DNA of 64,000 nucleotides from a virus (taxonomy: Duplodnaviria > Caudoviricetes), in the IMG/VR virus record IMGVR_UViG_3300037418_001301, positions 11,327 to 75,326 of that record. One strand, given 5' to 3'. The position numbers and the translations under genes are program-made. This document shows, in pieces, positions 1-9,125 of the stretch. A model generated the notes under the pieces. It made no database searches, was not told the DNA's origin, and saw nothing but the letters and a program-made list of their open reading frames with translations. Each line of letters opens with the position of its first letter. The stretch's first letter is position 1.

Positions 1-2
1 TG

Positions 3-434
3 CCTCTCGAAGTTCTTGCTGCCGCGCCGGGCGGCTACAAGCTTGAGCGCAACATTCAGGAATGCTTCGCTGATCTTTTCAGCCACAAGGAATGGTTCCA
101 TCCGGGCGAGCGGCTTTTGAAAGCCATAGCCGACTTGGCGAGCGGCGTTCCGCTGCATGAGGCTGTCAATCTCAACGAACGTCGCGGCAGGGCATCGTCT
201 CTCCCAAGAGTTTTGCCGGGGACGGAAGGTCGTCGCAGTTATGTGATGAGGATGGTCTGGGCGGAGAAGAAACTTCCCCGCAATTTCGAAGTCCCTGGTT
301 GGGCCTGGGAACCGTTGAGGAGATGGATGCGTCATGGCGCGTCACACCCGCCAACAGAGGCGCAAATCGCGCTGATAGAGAAATTTCTCTCAGACCCGCT
401 GGCACATGCCGTGGAAAGGAAGGTGGCAGCATGA
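3..434 (+). CDS. 5'-truncated T5orf172/GIY-YIG-like domain protein (partial)
   Basis: The frame of ORF 117..434 is open back to position 3 and reads ...YKLERNIQECFADLFSHKEWFHP..., resembling the LE..H..F......EWF end of T5orf172 domains. Confidence 0.5.
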   Translation, partial: PLEVLAAAPGGYKLERNIQECFADLFSHKEWFHPGERLLKAIADLASGVPLHEAVNLNERRGRASSLPRVLPGTEGRRSYVMRMVWAEKKLPRNFEVPGWAWEPLRRWMRHGASHPPTEAQIALIEKFLSDPLAHAVERKVAA

Positions 435-1372
435 GCAATTTTGCAGACGTGAAAGTTATCCAAAGTGCAGAAGGAAATGTTTCCAAATACGTGTTCAGCA
501 ATGAACGCGGGGTTGCCGAGTCCGTCCTCTATCGCTACCCAGATTACCAGACGCGGACGGTGATTTGCTGCTCGACCATGAGCGGATGTCCAGTTGGTTG
601 CCGGTTCTGCGGCGCGGGCGATTACTTCGTTCGCAACTTCTCGCCTGCCGAGATCGTGGAGCAGGTTGATCGGTGCATCGCCGATACTGGCGTAGATCCA
701 GCCACCATGAAGCGCCTGCAGATTATGTTCATGAGCATGGGCGAGCCGCTGCTGAACAAGGGCGGCATGATTTTCGCTCTCAAGACGCTGTACGAGCGCT
801 ACCCGAACGCTGCGCTGCTCATCTCCACCATCGGCCCGGATATCGATTATTCGTGGGTGCATGCGATTAGCAAGGAAATCCCGATGATCGGGCTGCAGTT
901 CAGCATCCATGAATCGACGGATGAAGAGCGGGACGAACTGATCCCGTTCAAAAAGAAGCTGTCGATCAGCGCCATCGCGAGGGTAGGCGAGTTTTGGAAC
1001 GCCGCGACGAAGCGCAAGCCGTTCTTCAATTATTGCGCAGGCGATGACAATTCTTCGGATGAAGACGCTGAACGCATCCTCATGGACTTCAACCCCGCTG
1101 TCTGGAACGCCACCGTTTCCGTCATCTGCGAGCGCAACGAAGGCATGCCAGCGCGCAACGAACATCAGGTGGAGTTGGCAGCCAACTTCGCAAGCAAGCT
1201 CGTCCAGCGCGGCTATGACGTCCGCGTGTTTGATCCTGCAGGTCAGGATGACATCGGAGGCGGCTGCGGCCAACTGTGGTTCGTCCAGAAGTGGATGCAG
1301 GATCACCCGGAACTCGCAAAGCCTAGCGTAGGTCATGGCTTGCCCTCCGTGCATACCCCGGAGGCAGCATGA
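431..1372 (+). CDS. RlmN/Cfr-like radical SAM methyltransferase lacking the N-terminal accessory domain
   Basis: ICCSTMSGCPVGCRFC (CxxxCxxC), MSMGEPLLN (cf. MGMGEP), SIHESTDEERDELIP and DIGGGCGQL (cf. DIDAACGQL); ATG at 431 overlaps the upstream stop. Confidence 0.85.
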   Translation: MSNFADVKVIQSAEGNVSKYVFSNERGVAESVLYRYPDYQTRTVICCSTMSGCPVGCRFCGAGDYFVRNFSPAEIVEQVDRCIADTGVDPATMKRLQIMFMSMGEPLLNKGGMIFALKTLYERYPNAALLISTIGPDIDYSWVHAISKEIPMIGLQFSIHESTDEERDELIPFKKKLSISAIARVGEFWNAATKRKPFFNYCAGDDNSSDEDAERILMDFNPAVWNATVSVICERNEGMPARNEHQVELAANFASKLVQRGYDVRVFDPAGQDDIGGGCGQLWFVQKWMQDHPELAKPSVGHGLPSVHTPEAA

Positions 1373-1436
1373 CCATCTCCCCCTATCCCATCTCCCGCCG
1401 TCTCCCGGCTCATATCCGCTCCAATGAGGTGACGGG

Positions 1437-1898
1437 ATGAGCACAGACAATCGGTTCGAACTCAAAGCGCAGAAGCTGCCAGAGGCGGAATATCCGAAAG
1501 AAATCTGGTTTTCTGCGCTCAATGCCTATCGTGAAATTGGGCTCAGGCAGGGCGGAACCACATCTGACCGCGTGAATGCAATTGCGGACGCCATCATAGT
1601 TGATCGCGAGCGATGCAAGACGATAGCAGACGCTGAAATCGGACACATGCTCGAAGAATACATGAAGGCACTCCAAGACGCCGACCACTGGCATGCGCAT
1701 GTCGGCACGTTGCTGGGCATCATCGAACAGACTTACGATTTGGGTGACGACATCGACGCCGAGGATCGTCCAGCCTTCGATCAGATCAACGGCGAATACG
1801 AAGCGCGTTGTCTTGAAATCAAAGATGGCGCAGCCGAGTGCCGAAAGATTCTTGAAAAGGCAAAGGCAAGAGTAGCCGCCATGCAAGGGGAGGAGTGA
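1437..1898 (+). CDS. hypothetical phage protein
   Basis: 153-aa ORF in a tightly coupled run of + strand genes. Confidence 0.65.
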   Translation: MSTDNRFELKAQKLPEAEYPKEIWFSALNAYREIGLRQGGTTSDRVNAIADAIIVDRERCKTIADAEIGHMLEEYMKALQDADHWHAHVGTLLGIIEQTYDLGDDIDAEDRPAFDQINGEYEARCLEIKDGAAECRKILEKAKARVAAMQGEE

Positions 1899-2129
1899 AT
1901 GGATACGATAAGTCAGTACCGCAAGCTCGCCCGCGAAATAGCTGAGAACAGCATTGTCACTAAGGCGCTCGCAAAAATGCTTGAGCAAGTTGTCGAAGAA
2001 GCGGTGAAAGCAGAGCGCGAACGTTGCCTGCTTGAGATTTGTTACCAGGCCGACTGGCTTTTGAAGGACGTGCAGAACCAGGCCGTGCTGCTTGACGATA
2101 TTCGCGCTCGTATTCGTGGGGAAGCATAG
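1899..2129 (+). CDS. hypothetical phage protein
   Basis: Abuts the previous stop; GGAG RBS. Confidence 0.6.
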   Translation: MDTISQYRKLAREIAENSIVTKALAKMLEQVVEEAVKAERERCLLEICYQADWLLKDVQNQAVLLDDIRARIRGEA

Positions 2130-2450
2130 ATGCCGCACGATCCAGACAGCGCATACGTCTTCTCGCTCAAGCGCCATGCTGAATGCTCCATGTGCTGGCA
2201 AAGCATTTCTGAGGATGGCGTCAAAATGCGTGACTACTTCGCGGCTCACTGCCCAGACAGTTGGCTTAAGGAGAGCATGCCAAAGACAATAGGCGCCATT
2301 CGAGACGCGATGATTGCGAGGCGCATAATCCCGGCCGATCGGCGGAACGGCGACGTGTTGCGTTCCTACGATGATGGCGACGAGGCTGCATTGAGGGTCG
2401 CCCTGCGCTGGGAATATGCCGACATGATGATGAAGGCGAGGGCTGCATAA
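2130..2450 (+). CDS. hypothetical phage protein (two Cys/His pairs)
   Basis: Abutting ORF; CSMC and HCPD motifs. Confidence 0.6.
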   Translation: MPHDPDSAYVFSLKRHAECSMCWQSISEDGVKMRDYFAAHCPDSWLKESMPKTIGAIRDAMIARRIIPADRRNGDVLRSYDDGDEAALRVALRWEYADMMMKARAA

Positions 2451-2693
2451 ATGCCCCACCACAACGAACAATACGACTGCATGGCCGAGCAGTGGCTTCC
2501 CTACGATCCAGACGCCAACTGCACAATGCCATGCGGCACAGAGCGAGACACAATCAGCAGCGACATATTCGACTGGCTGTTTGAGCGCGCTCCAAAGGCA
2601 ATATCTCGCAAGCCTGTTCAAAGGGAAACATTGATGGGATGCTCCAAGGCGAGATCTGCTCATGATCTTTCTGAGGTCGAGGGGGGATTTTAG
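2451..2693 (+). CDS. hypothetical phage protein
   Basis: Abutting ORF with RBS. Confidence 0.55.
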   Translation: MPHHNEQYDCMAEQWLPYDPDANCTMPCGTERDTISSDIFDWLFERAPKAISRKPVQRETLMGCSKARSAHDLSEVEGGF

Positions 2694-3197
2694 ATGGCTC
2701 ACACGCTCAGGCCTATACCTGCCAAGATGCTTGCAGTCCTGAAGTACGATCCCGCGTCCGGCGCAATTATTAGAATTGCCGGACCAAGGAACGCAAAATT
2801 GGGATGCCGTATGGACGCGATCGGCAGTCATGGCTACCGGAGGGTGAGAATTTGGGGATATCCTTATGCCGCTCACAGAGTTGCCTGGTTTCTGCACTTC
2901 AAAGAGCAGCCGCCATCTCTGATAGATCATATTAACGGAGATAAATCCGATAATAGAATTACCAATCTGAGGTCTGCTAACTACGCGCAAAACAAGGCAA
3001 ATTCCGGTCTGCAGAGAAATAATACTTCTGGGTTCAAGGGTGTTACTTGGAACAAGGCGAGCGAAGGGTGGCAAGCTCAATTCAAGACTAACAAAAAATG
3101 CCATTATCTTGGCATCTTCGATACTCCAGAAGAGGCCAATGCTGCATACGAAACAGCACTCAAGCATCATCTCGGAACGTTTGAGAGGGTTTTCTGA
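2694..3197 (+). CDS. HNH homing endonuclease with C-terminal AP2 DNA-binding domain
   Basis: AHRVAW...IDHINGDKSDNRITNLRSANYAQNKAN followed by NTSGFKGVTW...WQAQ...YLGIFDTPEEA. Confidence 0.9.
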   Translation: MAHTLRPIPAKMLAVLKYDPASGAIIRIAGPRNAKLGCRMDAIGSHGYRRVRIWGYPYAAHRVAWFLHFKEQPPSLIDHINGDKSDNRITNLRSANYAQNKANSGLQRNNTSGFKGVTWNKASEGWQAQFKTNKKCHYLGIFDTPEEANAAYETALKHHLGTFERVF

Positions 3198-3198
3198 C

Positions 3199-3435
3199 AT
3201 GCTGACGCTCGGCTGGATATTCATCGGCATCCTCATCTGCGGATTTGTTGCCTGCTACGGCTTTGTTGTCGGCGTGGCGATAAAGGATTTGCTGCCGCGC
3301 ATGGATTTCATTCGCCGGTTTCGGCAGCGCTTCGAACGCGCTGCGGCGATCGCTTCCACTGATGACAGCACATACGGCAGCGAGATCGATCCGACGCGCG
3401 GCCGCGGCTCCGATTTTCCATTTGCGGGGCGGTGA
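3199..3435 (+). CDS. small membrane protein
   Basis: Hydrophobic N-terminus MLTLGWIFIGILICGFVACYGFVVG. Confidence 0.55.
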   Translation: MLTLGWIFIGILICGFVACYGFVVGVAIKDLLPRMDFIRRFRQRFERAAAIASTDDSTYGSEIDPTRGRGSDFPFAGR

Positions 3436-3436
3436 G

Positions 3437-3637
3437 ATGGCGAAAATTCCAGAGCCAATGCTTCATCTGCCTTTCCGCTCCCTGTTGGAACTCGGCTTCG
3501 ACACTCAGGACATTGCGAACGCCAAGGGCATTCACGAGGCCGATGTCTACAACACGCTCGCCCGAGAGAAGGGCGTAACTTTCTACAACGGCCAGCTTGG
3601 AGCGCATTTTATTCGCGCTGCCAGCGGCATGAAATGA
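3437..3637 (+). CDS. small HTH-like protein
   Basis: GFDTQDIANAKGIHEADVYNTL resembles a helix-turn-helix. Confidence 0.5.
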   Translation: MAKIPEPMLHLPFRSLLELGFDTQDIANAKGIHEADVYNTLAREKGVTFYNGQLGAHFIRAASGMK

Positions 3638-3878
3638 AGTCGGTGCTGGCCGCTCAGTTCTTGGCGGGACTGCGGCCTTAACCGATGTGAATACCGCCGA
3701 TACGGTCCTCCCGCGGCGGGGCGCCTAGTGAGGGAGCAAGAGGCAGGGCAATACGCGCTCTTCTCCCTCACTTCGAAGCCCAGGTGGGCGAGGACCAAGT
3801 CGGCAAAGGATGGGCTTCGGCCTTTCTCGTAATGCCCGGAGTGTCTTGACGATGGTCAAGGTAACAAGGGCGCAAAAA

Positions 3879-4322
3879 ATGTGGCGGTCAAAAACCCACT
3901 TAAATTTGGTCAAAAAGAACGAGGCAACGCAGATGGTTTACGTAGACGCGATTGGCCCCGGCGGAGAAAGCAGGGCGCAGCAATACGCAAAGAAGTTGTT
4001 CCAACTCAGGAACAAAGGGTGGGGCGACGAGCCAGAGGCGCTCAAGGAAGTAGCCACGCGAAGTCGCGTTTCACCACGCAGTTTCAAGCGCATCATGAAG
4101 GGCGAGGTAGAGGCTAAGGAAAGCATCGGCGCCCGCATCAGGAATGCCTATCTCGCATATTGCGCCGAACTCGTATCGCGTCTCCAGCATGAAATTGAAG
4201 TCGAACAAAAGGTCCACGGCGATGCTGCTGATTTTCAAGATCTGGGCGAAGAGGTGGAAATTCTGGCTCGCAAAATTGAAGCGGCGCGGAAGCGCCAAGC
4301 CCCCAAAGAAGGACAGCGCTGA
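3879..4322 (+). CDS. putative phage transcriptional regulator (start 3879 or 3933)
   Basis: ALKEVATRSRVSPRSFKRIMKG HTH-like segment plus a coiled-coil C-terminus. Confidence 0.55.
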   Translation: MWRSKTHLNLVKKNEATQMVYVDAIGPGGESRAQQYAKKLFQLRNKGWGDEPEALKEVATRSRVSPRSFKRIMKGEVEAKESIGARIRNAYLAYCAELVSRLQHEIEVEQKVHGDAADFQDLGEEVEILARKIEAARKRQAPKEGQR

Positions 4323-4912
4323 TGACGTGCGCAGTTCAGGGATGTGAAAAGGCGGCCAAGGTAAAAGGATGGTGCAATCCACATTATCAGCGATGGATCA
4401 GGCATGGCGACCCTGTCGGGGGAAGAACGGCTCAAGGAGAACCGTTGAAATTCCTCCAAGATGTCGTCCTCGCCTATAAAGGCGACGATTGTTTGATCTG
4501 GCCATATGTCAAAAATCAAGACGGCTACGGACAAATGAAGGTCCGCGGCAAGATGGAGACGGTGTCGCGCATAGTTTGCGAGATCGCGCATGGAATGCCT
4601 CCGAGTCCTAATCACGAAGCCGCCCATAGTTGCGGCAATGGGGACAAGGGCTGCTGCACTCAAGAACATTTGCGATGGGCAACGACCAAGGAGAACTTCG
4701 CCGACCGTCTAAAGCATGGAACCTATACTCGTGGCGAGCGGCATCCGATGGTGAAGCTCACAGAGGCAGACGTTCATGAGATTAGGCGTCTGCGAGGTTC
4801 AGGCGTGCCGCTTTCGGATCTCGCCGACAGGTTCTCGGTGACTAATGTAACGATTAGCCAGATCGCCCGACGAAAGACATGGATATGGCTTGAAGAGGAA
4901 AGGATTATCTGA
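4322..4912 (+). CDS. HNH (His-Me finger) homing endonuclease with C-terminal HTH
   Basis: CLIWP...GYGQM...HEAAHSCGNG..GCC..EHLRWATTKEN..D; GERHPMVKLTEADVHEIR tail. Confidence 0.85.
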   Translation: MTCAVQGCEKAAKVKGWCNPHYQRWIRHGDPVGGRTAQGEPLKFLQDVVLAYKGDDCLIWPYVKNQDGYGQMKVRGKMETVSRIVCEIAHGMPPSPNHEAAHSCGNGDKGCCTQEHLRWATTKENFADRLKHGTYTRGERHPMVKLTEADVHEIRRLRGSGVPLSDLADRFSVTNVTISQIARRKTWIWLEEERII

Positions 4913-5460
4913 TGACGGAAGCCCTCCGCAACACGACGCTGAATGAGGACGAGCGCGCCGCGCTCTACGGCTATCTCTGCCGTCAGGAACGCGACCAACT
5001 GGCGGTGATTGCGGAGGCGGAAGCCAAGCGCAAGGAGAACTTCAAGAAGGCAAAAGAGTGGTCTTTCAGCAAAGAGGAGATCACCTTCCACGAAAAGGCG
5101 CGCAAGGCCGGTGAAGGCTCCTCGATCATCAAGAAGCATGCTCTTCACAAGACGATCCTGATCAAGATTGGGTTTATCTCGGATGATCGTGGCGGCGACT
5201 TGCTCTCAGATCGCGTCGACAAGCTCCAACTCCACAATCGCCGCGGATACGACGACGGACTATGCGGGGAAGGCGGTCCAGGAGCCTCAGGTTTCGCCGC
5301 CAACAGCGATGAGGACCGCGCCTATATGGACGGCTGGAAAGAAGGACAACGCGTCTACGTCGAGAATTGGCAGGCTGCAATGGAGAAGGCGATTGCCGCC
5401 AAGACGAATGAAGAGCCGCCGGCAAGCACGGACGCGGACCCCTTCGAGGACGCTGCATAA
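4912..5460 (+). CDS. hypothetical protein, GapR-like helical N-terminus and RMF-like C-terminal motif
   Basis: Helical E/K-rich N-terminal part; RGYDDGLCG...AYMDGWKEGQ. Confidence 0.55.
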   Translation: MTEALRNTTLNEDERAALYGYLCRQERDQLAVIAEAEAKRKENFKKAKEWSFSKEEITFHEKARKAGEGSSIIKKHALHKTILIKIGFISDDRGGDLLSDRVDKLQLHNRRGYDDGLCGEGGPGASGFAANSDEDRAYMDGWKEGQRVYVENWQAAMEKAIAAKTNEEPPASTDADPFEDAA

Positions 5461-5507
5461 CAAAGTGCTCGGGCTCGCTGTCCTCCCAAGTGCGAGCCTG
5501 CAAACTA

Positions 5508-5534
5508 CTCAGCCGCGAATGGCTGAGGCTTTTA
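5508..5534 (+). terminator. probable intrinsic terminator
   Basis: CTCAGCC-gcgaat-GGCTGAG stem followed by gctttta. Confidence 0.5.
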
Positions 5535-5700
5535 TTCAAAGCCGGAGTGAAGGCCGGCCAGAATGGCGGATGAAATGATCCCAGACGGGGCACGATTTCC
5601 ATCCAAAAATTCGCTCAGTTAATGCCAATTTCGCCCAGGGCGGACCTGCTGCGGCGATGCGTTTCGGATCACAGGCCAGAGCACCGAAAGGAGAATTCAC

Positions 5701-6216
5701 GTGCTTAAGAACTTGCTGTTTTACCGCCTGTTGATCGTCAACACTGGGGCCATCCTCTTGATGGCGTGGGGGTTTACCACTGGTTATATCCAAAACCTTG
5801 TCTCGGGCGAAATCAGAGGGCTACCCTACGCCATGGCCGCACTGTTTCTCGTCGGTTTTGTCTCGACCTTCATACGAGCGTCGAAGGTCAGCAGTGGGCT
5901 CAATACAGTCAAGAGCAAAGGCGTTTATGACGCGAGCAAGATAGCAATCAAGAACGCCCACATCGGCGACATCGGCAGTTGGCTTGTGACCCTTGGACTG
6001 ATTGGCAACATCGTTGGCTTTACCATGGCGGTGTCAAAAGTCGATCTCTCCGGCGGTCCTGATCAGGCGATGGCGGCAATCGGCGCGATGATGGATGGAA
6101 TGAAGTTCGCTTTCAATAACACTCTGATCGGCACGGCCCTCGGCCTTTGGACCTTGGTCAATGCCAGAATGCTTTCGACGGCAACGGCGCTCCTTGAGAA
6201 GGACGCCACGTCATGA
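5701..6216 (+). CDS. MotA/TolQ/ExbB proton-channel family membrane protein
   Basis: GTG start after AAGGAG; TM segments with LVTLGLIGNIVGF and MKFAFNNTLIG, matching the family LGLxGTxxG / AFxTTLxG motifs. Confidence 0.8.
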   Translation: MLKNLLFYRLLIVNTGAILLMAWGFTTGYIQNLVSGEIRGLPYAMAALFLVGFVSTFIRASKVSSGLNTVKSKGVYDASKIAIKNAHIGDIGSWLVTLGLIGNIVGFTMAVSKVDLSGGPDQAMAAIGAMMDGMKFAFNNTLIGTALGLWTLVNARMLSTATALLEKDATS

Positions 6217-6818
6217 AAAGCGCCGATGAAGTTAATTCCGTCGCCTATCGCGACGTGCTGATGAATACAATTCTTGGCCTTGTGATGATGATTGCCATCG
6301 TATTCCTCCTGGTGAAGGTGGAGACGTCAAGGGCTATGGCGCAGGCCGAGCCGCCTGGAAATCTCATGGTTGATATCACATGGCCGCAAGGTGACACCGA
6401 TGTTGACCTCTGGGTAACGGGACCGGGAGAGCCCGTCCCGGTCGGATATTCGAACAAGGGCGGCGTGCTCTGGAACCTGCTGCGTGACGACCTCGGCAAC
6501 TGGCCCGATGCCACACCGTTCAACTACGAGAATGCCTATACCCATGGGATTGTGCCAGGAACGTATTGGGTCAATGTCATGTGTTATTCCTGCAAGATAT
6601 TTCCTGTACCCGTTGATGTTGAAATATCGCTTAATCCTGGCAAGGGCGAGAAAGACAATAAAGCACCCACGAAAATCATCCTGATTACGAAGGTCATGCT
6701 CACCAAGCCAGGCCAAGAACGCACCGCAGTGAGTTTCAAAATGGACGCTGCTGGCAGGATTGATGATGCCTCCCTCAATTCCGTTTTCCGGCCGCTACGG
6801 TCGGCAAAGAAGGGATAA
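6213..6818 (+). CDS. ExbD/MotB-like partner: single TM with Asp plus a periplasmic YfaP/DUF2135-like domain
   Basis: YRDVLMNTILGLVMMIAIVFLL TM; DVDLWV..P...DD.G...NYEN...PGTYWVNV motif; overlaps the upstream stop. Confidence 0.6.
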   Translation: MKSADEVNSVAYRDVLMNTILGLVMMIAIVFLLVKVETSRAMAQAEPPGNLMVDITWPQGDTDVDLWVTGPGEPVPVGYSNKGGVLWNLLRDDLGNWPDATPFNYENAYTHGIVPGTYWVNVMCYSCKIFPVPVDVEISLNPGKGEKDNKAPTKIILITKVMLTKPGQERTAVSFKMDAAGRIDDASLNSVFRPLRSAKKG

Positions 6819-6822
6819 GCCA

Positions 6823-7350
6823 ATGCTCAACATAATCCCCACCGATGTCATCGCGCCGGCATCAATCCTGCTTTTCGTCTGCGGAGTAATGGCGACCGTA
6901 ACTGTCTGGTCAAGACGGGAAACCAGTTTGCGGCTCGCTTCCGTGGCTGGACTGTTTATCTCCATTCCCGTTGTCATCGCCGCACTCTCGTTCACGCTCG
7001 GCTGGCCTGTGCCTTTGATCGCTGGACTAAATGCGCCTCCTGGTGATTGGCAGGTGATTGGATCGAAGATGGTTGTCGGTGAGGGCATATATGTCCTGCT
7101 CGATACAGGCGATGTTCCGAGACATTACCGGCTGCCATGGGACAAGAAAATGTCCGACAAACTGCAAGAGCTTCTGGATGGCCAGCAGAACGGCGAGCGC
7201 GGCGATCTCAGGCTCAAAATGCCTCCCTTCGAATTCAGTTGGAGCCGCAAGAAGCCCCCGGAATTCTACGCGATGCCTCAACCGAAGGTCATCCCTGACA
7301 AACCACGTCAGACAGAACATCCGAAACGGTACAATTCGATCGGCGCATGA
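6823..7350 (+). CDS. membrane protein, third gene of the MotA-like cluster
   Basis: Two N-terminal hydrophobic helices, then a soluble domain with a Pro-rich tail. Confidence 0.65.
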   Translation: MLNIIPTDVIAPASILLFVCGVMATVTVWSRRETSLRLASVAGLFISIPVVIAALSFTLGWPVPLIAGLNAPPGDWQVIGSKMVVGEGIYVLLDTGDVPRHYRLPWDKKMSDKLQELLDGQQNGERGDLRLKMPPFEFSWSRKKPPEFYAMPQPKVIPDKPRQTEHPKRYNSIGA

Positions 7351-7365
7351 CGGAATGACTGCCGA

Positions 7366-7743
7366 GTGAAGCGGCAGGATAGTAAGGCGGATGAAATGAT
7401 AATACACCAACGACAAGCGTTCTGTTGCCCTGCCTGCGGCGGGTTCATCGGCGAAGCTGCTCCGCTCGACTTCGTTGCCAAGACCATCCCCGGTTACCAG
7501 GCGCAAGTATTGATGGTCTTACGTCGGCATATTGGCGAGCCAGTTGCCAAAGATCACCTCGCCGACATCATTTACCGCGGCGATCCGAACGGCGGGCCGC
7601 TCTATTCGAACAACACAGTTCCAGAGCATGTCAAACGGCTGCGCAAGCGCCTTGAGGTGTTTGGGTGGACCATTGCAGTGCAAGGGCGCGGGCAGGGCGT
7701 GCATGCCACCTACCGGCTTATCCCGCTGGAGGCTGGCGCATGA
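7366..7743 (+). CDS. Zn-ribbon plus OmpR-like winged-helix protein
   Basis: CPACG; KDHLADIIYRGDPNGGP...TVPEHVKRLRKRLEVFGWTI. Confidence 0.75.
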   Translation: MKRQDSKADEMIIHQRQAFCCPACGGFIGEAAPLDFVAKTIPGYQAQVLMVLRRHIGEPVAKDHLADIIYRGDPNGGPLYSNNTVPEHVKRLRKRLEVFGWTIAVQGRGQGVHATYRLIPLEAGA

Positions 7744-8369
7744 CACTGATCATTGGTTTTGACCCCTCAAAGTCCACTGGATGGAGCTTGCTTGACACGG
7801 GTAAGGATTTCTCCGCCATTGAATGCGGAGTTCTCGAAATGCCCGACAAGTCCGATCACTATTACACTGCAGACCAGATCGGTTTGAAAGTCTCGGCTCT
7901 GCTGCGCCGCTGCAAGGAACAGCGCGGCAAACTCCCCGACTTCGCTGTGCTCGAACAGCAGATAGAGGCGCAAGCGTCCATGGCTGGCCGTGGGCAGAGT
8001 TTCGCAGGCTCAATATACCCGTGGATAGCTACATCAGCGATCGTCGCCACGATCGCTAATTTCAAAATAGCGTATGGCACCCTTATGCCGTCCTCTTGGC
8101 GCAAGTCATTCTTCGGCCAAGGCTTCAAGCCGCCGCTCGACAAGAAGGGCAAGAAGGACTGGAAACAGGCAGCCATTACCGAATGTGAGCGTCTGGGGAT
8201 CAATCTGCCGAGCCGCAAGGCACTTGCTGACGATGCTGCTGAGGCTGCGGCGCTCGCGATCTGCTGGGCAAGCCGCGATATCAATCTTCACGCCGGGCGC
8301 TATCACGAGCCGTTCATGAGGCTCCTGCAGCAGCGCAATTCGAAAACTCCAGAAGGAGTCGCCGCATGA
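7740..8369 (+). CDS. RuvC-like Holliday junction resolvase
   Basis: IIGFDPSKSTGWS, AVLEQ and DDAAEAAAL acidic catalytic motifs. Confidence 0.75.
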   Translation: MTLIIGFDPSKSTGWSLLDTGKDFSAIECGVLEMPDKSDHYYTADQIGLKVSALLRRCKEQRGKLPDFAVLEQQIEAQASMAGRGQSFAGSIYPWIATSAIVATIANFKIAYGTLMPSSWRKSFFGQGFKPPLDKKGKKDWKQAAITECERLGINLPSRKALADDAAEAAALAICWASRDINLHAGRYHEPFMRLLQQRNSKTPEGVAA

Positions 8370-8542
8370 CGACCAAATCCCACCACTGTCCCAGATGCTC
8401 GAAGGCTCTCTCTATCGCTGAAATTATCACCGAGTTCTGCGAAGAATGCCTTGTTGACGTCAAGCCGACACTAAACCCGCCAGCCCACGACTGCCCCCAG
8501 GCAGACCGCGCCGCTCCCCGTGATGGCGCACCGACGGCGTAG
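8366..8542 (+). CDS. small Zn-finger protein
   Basis: Translated by hand: MTTKSHHCPRCSK...FCEEC; overlaps the upstream stop. Confidence 0.45.
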   Translation: MTTKSHHCPRCSKALSIAEIITEFCEECLVDVKPTLNPPAHDCPQADRAAPRDGAPTA

Positions 8543-8552
8543 GCGGCATAGG

Positions 8553-9125
8553 ATGACGGTCACAGCCTCGAAATACGCCCGCAACGAAAACGATCTCTAC
8601 CAGACTGAACCTTGGGTCACCGAGGCCCTGCTTCGCCATTTCCAAGTCAATGGAATGGACGTCTGGGAATGCGCCGCCGGAAATCACCTTATGGCTGACG
8701 TTCTTGGCGAGACAGCAAAGTCAGTCTTCACCTCCGACATCAAAACCTATGATCGTCAACACGATTGGGTTGCTGATTTTGTCGCCGATCCTGAAAGCCA
8801 GTTTTCGCACGATTGGCAGGCCATCATCACCAATCCACCATATGGCAAGCAGAACAGAACCGCAGTGAAGTTCATCGAACTCGCCTTGCGGCGCAGCGTC
8901 GGGATCGTTGCGATGCTGTGCACCGCCAAGTTCGACTTCGGCAATACCCGCTGTCATCTCTTCCGAGACAATCGCCGCTTCGCAGCCAAGATCGCGCTCG
9001 TGGACAGGATCTCGTGGACTCTCGACGGCGTCACCGGCACTGAAGATCACGCCTGGTACGTGTGGACGGAGGCGCCGCGCCTGCCCCGGCTGCCGGCGAT
9101 GCTCTATGCTGGGAGGACAGCATGA
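8553..9125 (+). CDS. DNA N6-adenine/N4-cytosine methyltransferase
   Basis: DLYQTEPW, WECAAGN, IITNPPY catalytic motif. Confidence 0.85.
   Translation: MTVTASKYARNENDLYQTEPWVTEALLRHFQVNGMDVWECAAGNHLMADVLGETAKSVFTSDIKTYDRQHDWVADFVADPESQFSHDWQAIITNPPYGKQNRTAVKFIELALRRSVGIVAMLCTAKFDFGNTRCHLFRDNRRFAAKIALVDRISWTLDGVTGTEDHAWYVWTEAPRLPRLPAMLYAGRTA

Noticed and set aside
1410-3236. Long minus-strand ORF (608 aa) and similar shadow ORFs such as 41012-42337, 27731-28591 and 31609-32427
   Set aside because: They lie antisense to well-supported + strand genes, carry no recognisable motifs, and are expected in GC-rich DNA
5701-7350. Zorya defence system
   Set aside because: The channel protein is only 171 aa with no long tail, the partner lacks an OmpA-like domain, and there are no ZorC/D/E-like genes
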